Positions 39,250 through 49,200 of a stretch of DNA of 64,000 nt are shown in pieces. Below the pieces are notes generated by a model. It was not told where the DNA came from. It saw only the letters and a list, made by a program, of their open reading frames with translations, and searched no databases. The position numbers and the translations under genes were made by a program. The DNA lies in the NCBI GenBank assembly GCA_964532425.1, contig CAZHIA010000002.1, forward strand, positions 77,945-141,944, written 5' to 3'. This stretch comes from an uncultured Candidatus Saccharibacteria bacterium. Its GTDB lineage: Bacteria; Patescibacteriota; Doudnabacteria; UBA920. The stretch's first letter is position 1, and every line of letters begins with the position of its first letter.

Positions 39250-39408
39250 ATAGTTTAAGTAATAAATAGCTCTTTAAATACTTCTTTCTGTCTTATGGGG
39301 AGCAAACTAACCGTTTACTCTTATTGGTAACGTTTGGTTTTTTCCCCGTAAATTCGCTGAATTTCGACGAAGTGCCAGTCGGAACACCGAAAAAGGGAAG
39401 GAGAGAGA

Positions 39409-39585
39409 ATGTTTATCACGCATCCGGTCATCCGTGGAGCAATACTAGGCTTCGCTTTGGGAGTGTCGGTCGCCTTGTTCTTTTGGCCGCAGGGTTCGTC
39501 GCGGCCCACGGGATTGCTCTATATCCTGATCGTCGACCTGGTAGTGTTTGCCGTGTCGACCTTCTGTCTCCAGAGAGAAGAGTAG
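39409..39585 (+). CDS. Small 2-TM membrane protein (58 aa)
   Basis: SD GAAGGAG; MFITHPVIRGAILGFALGVSVALFFWPQGSSRPTGLLYILIVDLVVFAVSTFCLQREE; not in the ORF track. Confidence 0.65.
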   Translation: MFITHPVIRGAILGFALGVSVALFFWPQGSSRPTGLLYILIVDLVVFAVSTFCLQREE

Positions 39586-39900
39586 ACAAGGGCGAGAGGT
39601 GCTAAAGAAGATGTGGTAGCACCTGTACGCGCCAAGGAGTACACAGGTCGCTGGTGCGGTCAAGGAGGAAGCGGGAGTTTATTCGGGGAAGTGCAGAGCC
39701 ATACTCTGCCTTTCCCCACCTTTTTCCAGACCAGGATAGCAATATCGTGGTCGTGGAAATTGGTACTTGTCCGAGAACCGTGGGGACGCGATAAATCCGC
39801 GGGGCTGCAGCTGGGGCTTATCCCGAGCAGGACATCAGGCATCCTTCAAACTGACTAGCCTGCCCAGACCGGAGAAACCGGTGGCAGCGAAGGAGGAAAA

Positions 39901-40503
39901 ATGTTCAACAATCTGTTCAGTAAACTCTTTTCCGGCCGCACGGCGGCCGAGAAGGTAGTGGAAGTGCCTGCCCCGGCTGCCGCAGTGGCAGCAACGGAAG
40001 AAAAGATTCCATATATAAATTCAGAAGCGGTGCTTCTTCCTTCCACCCGCAGGGCGTGGTGGGAGGAGTGTAAGGGGTTGGTGGAGGAGAGTGATGTTTC
40101 TCGGCAGAGGCAATCTCAGCTTCTGGGGAAGAAGCTTCGCACTATCGAAGAGGAGATCGAGAGGAAAAAGCTCCTCGAGCGGGAAAAGGAGATCCATACT
40201 TCATGCTTCAAAATTCTGGAGAGGCTCCAGAATGAGGAGCGTGAGAAGGTGGCCGGCGTCCAGAGGGTTCTGGACGGTGGGTGGCAAAAAATGATGACGT
40301 GTTTTAACCGTCCCACGACCTACTTTCGAAGGATTGTCGTCCGGGACGAGGGTGGGGAGCTCGTCCTGCTGATCGGCAGAGAGGATCTCTATGAGCCACA
40401 CCAGCCCAATCCTGCGTGGATTGGGAAGTTTGAAAAATCATCGACAAACTGGGAGGACTTCACCCTCCCGGAGCTGACGGCCTTACAGGCTATCGGCAAG
40501 TAG
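39901..40503 (+). CDS. Hypothetical coiled-coil protein
   Basis: SD AAGGAGG; amphipathic N-terminus MFNNLFSKLF; charged helical centre. Confidence 0.75.
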   Translation: MFNNLFSKLFSGRTAAEKVVEVPAPAAAVAATEEKIPYINSEAVLLPSTRRAWWEECKGLVEESDVSRQRQSQLLGKKLRTIEEEIERKKLLEREKEIHTSCFKILERLQNEEREKVAGVQRVLDGGWQKMMTCFNRPTTYFRRIVVRDEGGELVLLIGREDLYEPHQPNPAWIGKFEKSSTNWEDFTLPELTALQAIGK

Positions 40504-40953
40504 TTCAGTAACCGGGCATCGAGAGATAAAGCCACTGCCTGCTGATACCAGGCACATAAATAATCTATCCGTCAGCTTGTGCGTCACTCAAGCCCGAATT
40601 GTCGGTTAAACAATGCACTTGAGGAGCACAAACCATCGCACACGGTTTTGTTCCTCACCTTTCTTCAATCTTTGATAATCCGCCAACTGGCGGATCGAAG
40701 GTTGAAAATTGGTTCTTTTAAAAGATCTCCGCCCGTTGTGGGGTAGTGCAGTGTGGAAGATATATCTTCTATACTGTACTCCCCGCAAATTGGCTGACTT
40801 GTAGCAAATGGCCACAAGCCGCTGCAGCACCCAAGAGGGGACGGAGAAAAATCTGGGCACCTATTTTGCAAATAATGGTTTGTTTGCAGAATAGGCAGCC
40901 AGAAGTGTTGCCTCGGTTTCCCCGAACCGAAAATTCTCTTGAAAGGAGAAAAA

Positions 40954-41799
40954 ATGGAACTTCGGGTGGAGAAGGGTCTGAAAGGGCCGGAGGCTGTCCG
41001 TGCCCACGAGTTGTTCGGACAGGCCGTGTTTGTAGAATGCGGCCTTCACGATCCGGCCAACTTCTGCTTTGATCATCATGTCATGGAGGGTGCGCAGTAC
41101 ATGCTCTCCGTGGCTGGAATGATCCAACAGGAGATGCTGCAGCGGCGGCGGATGCCGCAAACCGTGGTGATGAACCACGTGCGGCACCTTGATAACTTGA
41201 TGGCTCTCTACCTCCTTCTTTTTAGGGGATTGGTGAGCCATCCTGACACGACAGTTCTGGTATCCTGCGCGGACTTGATGGATCGCGTGGGGCCGCTCGC
41301 GACTGCGTCACTGCCGCAACTTCAGACCGCCGTGCTGTTTACGGCGCAGAATGCCATTCCGTTCAAGGAGTGGGAAGTTGGCGACGAACAGTTGCGCGAC
41401 CTGGCGGTGGCCGCGGTGGAAAAAATCCGCGCCATGGTCACGGTGCCCGTGAAAACGGCGCGGTATACGACTCGGTTCACCTCGGCAGATGGAAAGTTCA
41501 TCATCGCCGAGTGCAATGAACCGGTCGGCAATACGCTGTACGATCAGGGGTACGATGCGTACCTGGTTTACAGCCGGAATGCGGATGGATCGTTGAAAGC
41601 CACGTTCGCTCGCGCAAGCGAGTACGTGCCGTTCAACATTCCTGCTTTTGCCGCCGGTATGAACGCGGCAGAAAACATTGCTGATCCCAAGAAGGGCTGG
41701 GGCGGCCGTGGTACTATCGGAGGTTCGCCACTCGGCACTGGATCGCACTTGGCGCTCGATGTTATCATCGAAGGCGCCAAGGCCGCATACCGCTCCTGA
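40954..41799 (+). CDS. DHH-like putative phosphoesterase
   Basis: SD AAAGGAG; FDHH, NHVRHLD, DLMDRVG and C-terminal GWGGRGTIGGSP. Confidence 0.65.
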   Translation: MELRVEKGLKGPEAVRAHELFGQAVFVECGLHDPANFCFDHHVMEGAQYMLSVAGMIQQEMLQRRRMPQTVVMNHVRHLDNLMALYLLLFRGLVSHPDTTVLVSCADLMDRVGPLATASLPQLQTAVLFTAQNAIPFKEWEVGDEQLRDLAVAAVEKIRAMVTVPVKTARYTTRFTSADGKFIIAECNEPVGNTLYDQGYDAYLVYSRNADGSLKATFARASEYVPFNIPAFAAGMNAAENIADPKKGWGGRGTIGGSPLGTGSHLALDVIIEGAKAAYRS

Positions 41800-42070
41800 C
41801 CTCGTTGAGTTTTTGGAGATTTTCACGAAAAGTGCAATACGTCCAGAGATGGCTGGATGAGATAGATTAAACCATCAGCACTCTTGGGACTTTAGGAACT
41901 CGCACGTTTCCAAAGTCCCTTTCCCAGCAGCGCATCGCACATGCGCTGCTGGGATCTTTTTCCAGGCTGTCAGGAATTTGTCTTTTCTGTCCCGCGCGGA
42001 GCAATCCAAGCGGGAGGCAAGCTCTGGCAGCCTGAAAAAAGGTTTGGTTTGTAGCATATCTAAAATTTAT

Positions 42071-42112
42071 CTTGTCTACGTAACATCCGATATCGGATGT
42101 TACGTAGACAAG
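42071..42112. repeat. Perfect 42-bp palindrome (left)
   Basis: cttgtctacgtaacatccgat|atcggatgttacgtagacaag. Confidence 0.95.
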
Positions 42113-42190
42113 GATTTTTATGTTCGTGTAAGTTAACAAGCAGCAGCTTGAAAGTACGCAAAAAGGTGTTATACTTGAGGAAAATAGGGA

Positions 42191-42892
42191 ATGTATGAAA
42201 ATTTCATGAAACCAAAACTTACCATTAAATACGTTATTGATCGGGCTTGTCCAACGCGACCAACAAAAGAGTTTCGCCTCAGCCCGGAAGCGGTTAAACG
42301 TTTACGGACAGTCGGAGACGTACTGCTTGTTACGTTTGTAACGGCTGGGATAATAACGTTGTCAGCGGCAGCTCCGAACATCTTTCAAGCTTTTAAAACT
42401 ATCCAAAAAATCAGCCGCCACCTGAGCAGAATAAAACATTCCCCAGTACATGAAAATCAGTTTTCAAGAATGATGAGCAAGAGCATATCTCACTATGTGC
42501 GAAAAGGTTACATTAAACTCATTCCTCAGGGTAACGATTATCTGGTTGAGGTTACAGAGGCGGGCAAAAAACAGGCACAAGTGTACAATATGCAAACGTT
42601 GCAACTCACAAGGAGAGGAGTGTGGAAAGGTGGGTGGTGGATGACCTTGGCGGATATCCCGACTGAATTGAACGACGAGGCAAGTTATTTTAGGAAGAAA
42701 ATAAAAGAGCTCGGGTTGTACCGTTGCCAGAAATCGGTCTGGCTCTATCCATATGATATACGGAGCGAGATTCAGTTTGTTGCTGCATATTACGGGGTGG
42801 ACCGGTATATTACCATTATTCAAGTTGTGGCTTTGGAGCCAGAGGATCAGCAAAAAGCTAAGCAGTTTTTTAAAGACAGCAGGGTATTATAA
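42191..42892 (+). CDS. PaaX-like protein (wHTH + Cas2-like ferredoxin-fold domain)
   Basis: RKGYI...VTEAG (wHTH wing); WKGGWWMTLADIP...FRKKIKELGLYRCQKSVWLYPYD; promoter TTGAAA-16 nt-TATACT at 42148-42175. Confidence 0.8.
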   Translation: MYENFMKPKLTIKYVIDRACPTRPTKEFRLSPEAVKRLRTVGDVLLVTFVTAGIITLSAAAPNIFQAFKTIQKISRHLSRIKHSPVHENQFSRMMSKSISHYVRKGYIKLIPQGNDYLVEVTEAGKKQAQVYNMQTLQLTRRGVWKGGWWMTLADIPTELNDEASYFRKKIKELGLYRCQKSVWLYPYDIRSEIQFVAAYYGVDRYITIIQVVALEPEDQQKAKQFFKDSRVL

Positions 42893-42905
42893 CTCTGTTT
42901 TTTGT

Positions 42906-42945
42906 TTGTCTACGCTACATCCGATATCGGATGTAGCGTAGACAA
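42906..42945. repeat. Perfect 40-bp palindrome (right)
   Basis: ttgtctacgctacatccgat|atcggatgtagcgtagacaa. Confidence 0.95.
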
Positions 42946-43054
42946 GTAAGGAGTAAAGAGTGAGAGAACAGAAATGTGAAGATTTGAACTGTTGTTTGGG
43001 AAACGATTCGGTGAAATGGTTTGCTATGATATGGTCTAATGATATAATTCAGAT

Positions 43055-45433
43055 ATGACAGATATCTTGCGAAAATTTGATCCGGTGTCGGATGAGGAGT
43101 TGGAAATGCGGAAGCAGCGGTTTTTGGATATGGATGCAGATAAGCGGCAGGAAGCAATCGATGCGCAGCACGACCGGGCGAATTTGGAACTGGGTCCCAA
43201 TTTTTACGAACTCATGGAACGGGAGACAGATGAAAAAATGCGCGAAGCATACCGCATGACCCTGGAGATTGCCAAGGCCGTGGAAGCTGCCGGAGGAAAG
43301 GTTCTGGTAATTGGCGGTTTTGTACGCGATACCGTACTAAATCAATTCGGTCATCAAGTAAAATCAAAAGATGTCGACGTTGAAGTCTACGGACTGACTC
43401 TTGATCGTTTAAGAGAGGTCCTGGCGCCGTTCGGCAATACGGATGTAAAAGGAGAAAGCTTTGGGGTGTTGAAATTTGGCGATGTAGATGTTGCTCTTTC
43501 CAGGCGCGAGACCAAAAATGCACCGGGTCATAAGGGTTTTAAAATTGAATTGGATGAGGAATTAACTATTTTGGAAGCAGCGCGCCGGCGCGATTTCACC
43601 GTGGGTGCCATGGCGATGGACCCGTTTACCGGCCAGATCATCGACAAATACGGCGGTATCGAGGATGCGCGACAGGGCTTGCTGCGCGTGGTGGACCCAT
43701 CAAAGTTCGTGGAAGATCCGCTGCGGGTCCTGCGGGCAGCCCAGTTTGTAGGGCGATTTAATTTTACAATAGAAGAAAATACGGCAAACTTATGCCGAGA
43801 GCTTGTCTATGCCGGCAAGCTAAAAGAACTCGCTAGAGAGAGATTTGAGGAAGAATGGAAAAAACTGCTCCTGAAATCAAAAAAGCCAAGCCTGGGCCTG
43901 GAAGCGGCGCGGGATCTGGGGATTATTGAGGTGGAGTATCCGGCGCTGCGGGATTTAATCGGCTGCAAGCAGGAATATGACTGGCATCCCGAAGGCGATG
44001 TCTGGACGCATACGCTGTTGGTTGTCGATGAAGCGGTCAAGATTGCCAAGCGGGAAAATTTGAGCGAGGACGATACTCTCATATTAGTTTTTGCAGCCTT
44101 GGCTCATGATTTTGGCAAGCCATCAACGACAAAGTATGAGGAAAAGAAGGGCCGGATGCGCTATACATCCAATAAACATGAGGAGATGGGGGTCGAGCCC
44201 GCACGGCAATTTTTCAAAAGCATTCATCTGGCGGACAAATACGTGTCTCGGATTTTACCGTTGATTCAAAGACATCTCATCCCTACGAAATATCAACCAA
44301 CGAAGTATTCCGACGCTGCCATCAAAAAGTTGGTGAAAAATATGGCCCCGGCGAGCTTAAAACAACTCGTGCTACTCGGGGAGGCGGATGCGCACGGCCG
44401 GGGTTATTGGGACGACCAGCCAAATCATACACCCGATGCCAAGCCATGGGATCATTATCCTTCAGGAGCAGCGCTCCTTGAACATGCGAAAAGATTCAAA
44501 GATATTTCCGTTGAAGGCGGTAAGCCGTTCCGGCGTTATCTCGAATTTCAGACTTTGCAGGATTTAGGAATCGACCAAAAGCACATTTTGGGTGCGCGCC
44601 GCGGGCTCATGGTTGCTCAGCTTACAGAAGCACAGTTGCAAGAAAAAATTACCGGGCCGGAGGATCTTCGGTTAGCTAAGCTCATGGTCTTTTTGGCCAA
44701 TAGTGAGTTTGACGGCCGGCAGGCGGACCAGGAATTGTTGAATGGGGAAATCATGACTAAAGGTGAAATGAGGGAATTCCTCCAGCACCGGTTTTGGAAT
44801 GAAGGTTTGCATGACATGGGTACCCTGGTTATGTACCATCTTTTGGCAGGCAATCCCTTGCCCGAAGCTTTGGAACGTAATAAAGCCGCAATTTTGACCG
44901 CGCACAAGCATGGACCGGCCTGGTTTTCGCGGTTTGACCGGGAATTTTATGAAGGTCCTTGGAAATCTTTCTATGGAAAATTTGAGGAAAGCAGCCAAGG
45001 TAAGGAAGAAGAGAAACAAAAGGATTTTATTGAGCAAGCCCGGGATGGCATAGCTCTCATCGAACATCCCGATCAGGGTTTAATTGCCGAGTATAACCAG
45101 AGCCTGGAGGTAAAGCCGGTTACTCATGAGGGGAAAGTGGCATTATATGTTACTAATAGTTATCCGTTTGAGGCTGGGCTCATGGATGGGTACCAGGTGA
45201 TGGTCCAGTTTAGCCCGGAAAAGCGACGAGTATGCGTTTCGGTCATGGATACGGATCCGGCCAAGGTCACAGAATTAGACGGAAAGATCCGCACCCTGCT
45301 ACCGGAGTTCAGCCAGTCCAAAAAGACCGGATATTTGTTTGCCCAGGATGCTGAAGGGTCGGATAATACCTTTACTCAGGCAGATGCCGAACGGGTGTAT
45401 AAGCAGGTGGTTGAGAGCGGGTTGGCGCGATAA
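43055..45433 (+). CDS. Class II tRNA nucleotidyltransferase (CCA-type) with HD domain and N/C-terminal extensions
   Basis: GGFVRD, DVDVE, RRDFT, EDPLRVLRA, HPEGDVWTH and AHDFGKP. Confidence 0.9.
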   Translation: MTDILRKFDPVSDEELEMRKQRFLDMDADKRQEAIDAQHDRANLELGPNFYELMERETDEKMREAYRMTLEIAKAVEAAGGKVLVIGGFVRDTVLNQFGHQVKSKDVDVEVYGLTLDRLREVLAPFGNTDVKGESFGVLKFGDVDVALSRRETKNAPGHKGFKIELDEELTILEAARRRDFTVGAMAMDPFTGQIIDKYGGIEDARQGLLRVVDPSKFVEDPLRVLRAAQFVGRFNFTIEENTANLCRELVYAGKLKELARERFEEEWKKLLLKSKKPSLGLEAARDLGIIEVEYPALRDLIGCKQEYDWHPEGDVWTHTLLVVDEAVKIAKRENLSEDDTLILVFAALAHDFGKPSTTKYEEKKGRMRYTSNKHEEMGVEPARQFFKSIHLADKYVSRILPLIQRHLIPTKYQPTKYSDAAIKKLVKNMAPASLKQLVLLGEADAHGRGYWDDQPNHTPDAKPWDHYPSGAALLEHAKRFKDISVEGGKPFRRYLEFQTLQDLGIDQKHILGARRGLMVAQLTEAQLQEKITGPEDLRLAKLMVFLANSEFDGRQADQELLNGEIMTKGEMREFLQHRFWNEGLHDMGTLVMYHLLAGNPLPEALERNKAAILTAHKHGPAWFSRFDREFYEGPWKSFYGKFEESSQGKEEEKQKDFIEQARDGIALIEHPDQGLIAEYNQSLEVKPVTHEGKVALYVTNSYPFEAGLMDGYQVMVQFSPEKRRVCVSVMDTDPAKVTELDGKIRTLLPEFSQSKKTGYLFAQDAEGSDNTFTQADAERVYKQVVESGLAR

Positions 45434-45805
45434 TGAGTAAAAATAGGGTTTGTAGGATGCATAGGATGGATAAAACAGATACCGCCTTCTTTAATAAGGA
45501 AATTAAAATATAAAATTCCTCATAAGTAAGACAAATATAACGAATTCTCGGTTTGGGGTTTAAATGCTGCTTGGGACTTTTGGCGGATAGAGTTGAGGAT
45601 AAGCCCCTCTGTTTTTATAGAGGAGGGTGGGGAAAAGGCTGATATTGCTTGATTTTTATGCCCCCTTGTAAGTTTGCCTGATTTGTGCTATCATATGTAT
45701 ATACATACCACACGACTTTGGGGAGAACTGGATTAGAACCCACAGTTCCCGCTGGGGAATAGAGGGACAAAGCTTGACCAAGTAAAGCTTGACGGGTATA
45801 ATCCC

Positions 45806-46233
45806 AATATGCACAATTTCATAAGATTTTAAGCCAAGCAACATCGGCCTTTTTTGCGTATGCAAAAAAGGATAGATTTTTATGCACTCATAGCAGCTTT
45901 TGACAGCTGCGAGACTCTGTGATCTTATGAATTCTTAGGCTAAATGCCTTTTGCTCCTCGCTAAGCGGGAAACCGGAAGTCCGGTTTCCTTGCGGCAGCC
46001 GCCTCCAGCAGCGGCTGAAAAATTTTCCTTCGGTTTTTGTCGTCGTAGGCAGACTTTAAGCTCAGGTGGTGACGAGAGCTTGATACCTACGGCTGTCTAC
46101 GCCTCCAAAGATCCTTGGAAAAGCATTTGAGCGGAGCAGGCTGAGCCTGACAGCATCATTACAACTAAAGCGCCCCGAGGACTTGCCTACAGAGTGGTCC
46201 CTGAGGGTGCACCGGCGAAAGGCAAACCACCAC
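45806..46233 (+). promoter_or_regulatory. Long structured leader upstream of rpoB
   Basis: Promoter-like TTGACC...TATAAT at 45774-45802, followed by at least eight hairpins. Confidence 0.55.
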
Positions 46234-49200
46234 ATGTCCACCAGCCAGATACAAATGAAATCCGACCCGAAGACCGGGAGAAAGTTTTTCTCCAGGCTTC
46301 ACGAAGCTTCGCTGCTGCCGAACCTCATTGAGGTGCAGCTGAATTCCTACAAGTGGTTCTTGGAGAAAGGACTCAAAGAACTGCTCGGCGAAGTCAATCC
46401 AATCCGGGATTTTACCGGAAAGAATTTGGAACTATTTTTTGGGGACTATTTTTTTGACAAAGCCAAGTACGACGAGTTCCAGAGCCGCGAGAAGAACACC
46501 ACGTTCGAAGCGCCGCTCTATGTTTCCGCCAAGCTGGTCAACAAAGTGACCGGCAAGACCAAGACCCAGGACGTGTATTTTGGAGATTTCCCGCTCATGA
46601 CTCCCCGCGGCACGTTCATTATCAACGGCGTCGAGCGCGTCGTTGTCAACCAGCTCATTAAGTCTCCCGGCGTATTCTTTACCGCCGAGTTTTTGCGCGG
46701 CAAGAATTTTTACGGAGCCAAAATTATCCCTAATCGCGGCGCCTGGCTGGAACTGGACACTGACATCGCCGGCGTTATTGGCGTAAAGATCGATCGCAAG
46801 CGCAGAATCCCTATAACCGCTTTACTGCGCGTGTTCGGGCTGTCTAGTAATGAGCAGATTCTGGAAGCTTTTAAGGACGTTGATACCGATCCGGACACCA
46901 AATACATTCAAAATACCTTGGAAAAGGACGCCTCCACGAACGTGGACGAGGGCTATAAGGAAGTCTATAAGAGAATTCGCCCGGGCGACCTGGCCACGGT
47001 CGACAATGCCAAATCTTTGATCTCCGGCATGTTCTTCAATTTGGAACGCTATGATCTTTCCCCGGTTGGCCGTTTCAAGTTTAACCAGCGTCTGAATATT
47101 TCCGGCAACGAAAACCCGCTGTTGACCCTCGACGACCTGGTTGCTGTGGTGAAGGAAGTTATTCGCCTGAACAACACCCAGGATCCGGCAGACGATATCG
47201 ACCACTTGGCAAACCGCCGCGTGCGCGCGGTCGGTGAATTGATCCAGACCCGCTTCCGCGTGGGACTCGCCCGTATGGCCAGAATCGCCAAGGACCGCAT
47301 GTCTTTGGCTGACCTGGACACCGTCACTCCGGCCCAACTGATTCACGTCCGCCCGGTCGTGGCCACTATGCAGGAATTCTTCTCCTCGTCACAATTGTCC
47401 CAGTTCATGGACCAAACCAACCCGCTGGCCGAACTCGAGCACAAGCGCCGCTTGTCTGCCATGGGTCCGGGAGGTCTCTCCCGCGAACGCGCCGGTATGG
47501 AAGTCCGCGACGTGCACCGCAGCCACTACGGCCGTCTGTGCCCGATTACCACTCCGGAAGGCCCAAACATCGGTTTGGTCGCCCACTTGGCTACCTATGC
47601 CAAAGTGAATGATTTTGGTTTTATCGAAACTCCCTACCAGCTCGTCAAAAAGACTGCCAAGAATGACGGAAAAGATGCGGTCGGTGAGATTGCCTTATAT
47701 GATATCAAGGGAGAAGATGGCCAAACTATCGTGTCTGCCGGCAGCGAGATTACGGCTGCCCAGGCCAAAGAATTGGCCAAACAGTCGCAACTGCTCGAAG
47801 TTCGCGTCAAGCCGCATGTTACCGACAAGATTGTCCTGCTTGATGCCTACGAAGAAGAAGTGTTGACTATCGGTTTGTCCAGCACTGCCGTAGACGAGAA
47901 AGGGTATTTTATAGAGCAGCGCGCATCTGCCCGCGTTCGCAACGTGCCGTCCATTACTTCGACCGACGAGATTGATGCCCTCGATGTCTCTCCCAAGCAG
48001 ATTATTTCCGTGACCACCTCCCTCATTCCGTTCCTCGAGCATGACGACGCTAACCGCGCTTTGATGGGATCGAACATGCAACGCCAGGCCGTGTCCTGTA
48101 TTAAGCCGGATGCGCCACTGGTTGGCACTGGTATGGAATACAAAGCGGCTCGCGACAGCGGTACCGTCATTTTGGCAGAAGAAGAGGGGACTGTAACCGC
48201 CGTTTCCGGCGACAAGATTGTCGTAGTCGGCGAGAAGGGCAAGAAGAAAGAATACGTGTTGCTGAAATTCTTGCGCACCAACTCCGCGACGGCCATTAAC
48301 CAGATTCCGCGCGTGACCAAAGGTCAGCATGTGAAAAAAGGCGACTTGCTTGCTGATGGCGCCTCCACTGAAAATGGCGAACTGGCCTTGGGTCAAAACG
48401 TGCTTGTGGCTTTCATGTCCTGGGAAGGCGGCAACTACGAAGACGCCGTGCTGGTTTCCGAGCGCGTGGTGCAGCAGGACCGCTACAGCTCCATTCATAT
48501 TGATGATTTTAAAATCGACGTACGCGATACCAAGCTCGGACCTGAGCAGGTTACGCGTGATATTCCCAATGTCGGCGAAGAAAAACTGAAAGACCTCGAC
48601 GAGACCGGCGTGATTCGTATTGGCGCCCAGGTCAAAGCTGGCGATATTCTGGTCGGCAAGATTACTCCAAAAGGCGAGACTGACCTGACCGCTGAGGAAA
48701 AGCTGCTTCGCGTCATCTTTGGTGAGAAATCCCGCGACGTGAAGGATACGTCCCTGACCTTGCCGCACGGCGAGTACGGGAAGGTTGTGAACATCCGCGA
48801 GTTCTCCCGCGAGGCTGGCGATAAGCTGCCCTCCGGCGTGATCCGCAGCATTCAGGTCTCGGTGGCCGTACTCCGCAAGATTCAGGTCGGTGACAAGATG
48901 GCCGGCCGCCATGGAAACAAAGGTGTTATTTCGAAGATTATTCCGGTAGAAGACATGCCGTTCATGGCCGATGGCCGTCCGGTCGATATTGTGTTGAACC
49001 CACTCGGCGTCGTGTCCCGTATGAACCTCGGACAAATTCTGGAAACCCACCTTGGCATGGCCGCCTATATGCACGGCTACCGGGTCGCTACCCCGGTGCT
49101 GGAAGGGGTCACCGAAGAGCAAATCAAGTCAGAATTGGTCCGTGCCGGCATTCCTCCGGAAGGTAAAGTCCAACTCTATGACGGTAAGACCGGAGAACCG

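Noticed and set aside
41875-42057. 60-aa minus-strand ORF next to the left palindrome
   Set aside because: No SD or motif; cannot be distinguished from a chance ORF or decayed fragment
42071-42945. CRISPR-Cas locus (Cas2-like gene plus repeats)
   Set aside because: Only two repeats, about 800 bp apart and flanking a gene; no spacers, cas1 or effector gene
45806-46233. Group I/II intron, RNase P RNA or tmRNA upstream of rpoB
   Set aside because: No recognisable conserved core motifs or tRNA-like ends by eye; an Infernal scan is needed to exclude them fully
47695-49122. 475-aa antisense ORF inside rpoB, and similar shadow ORFs in rpoC, uvrB and the surface-protein genes
   Set aside because: Explained by codon bias on the coding strand; no protein motifs
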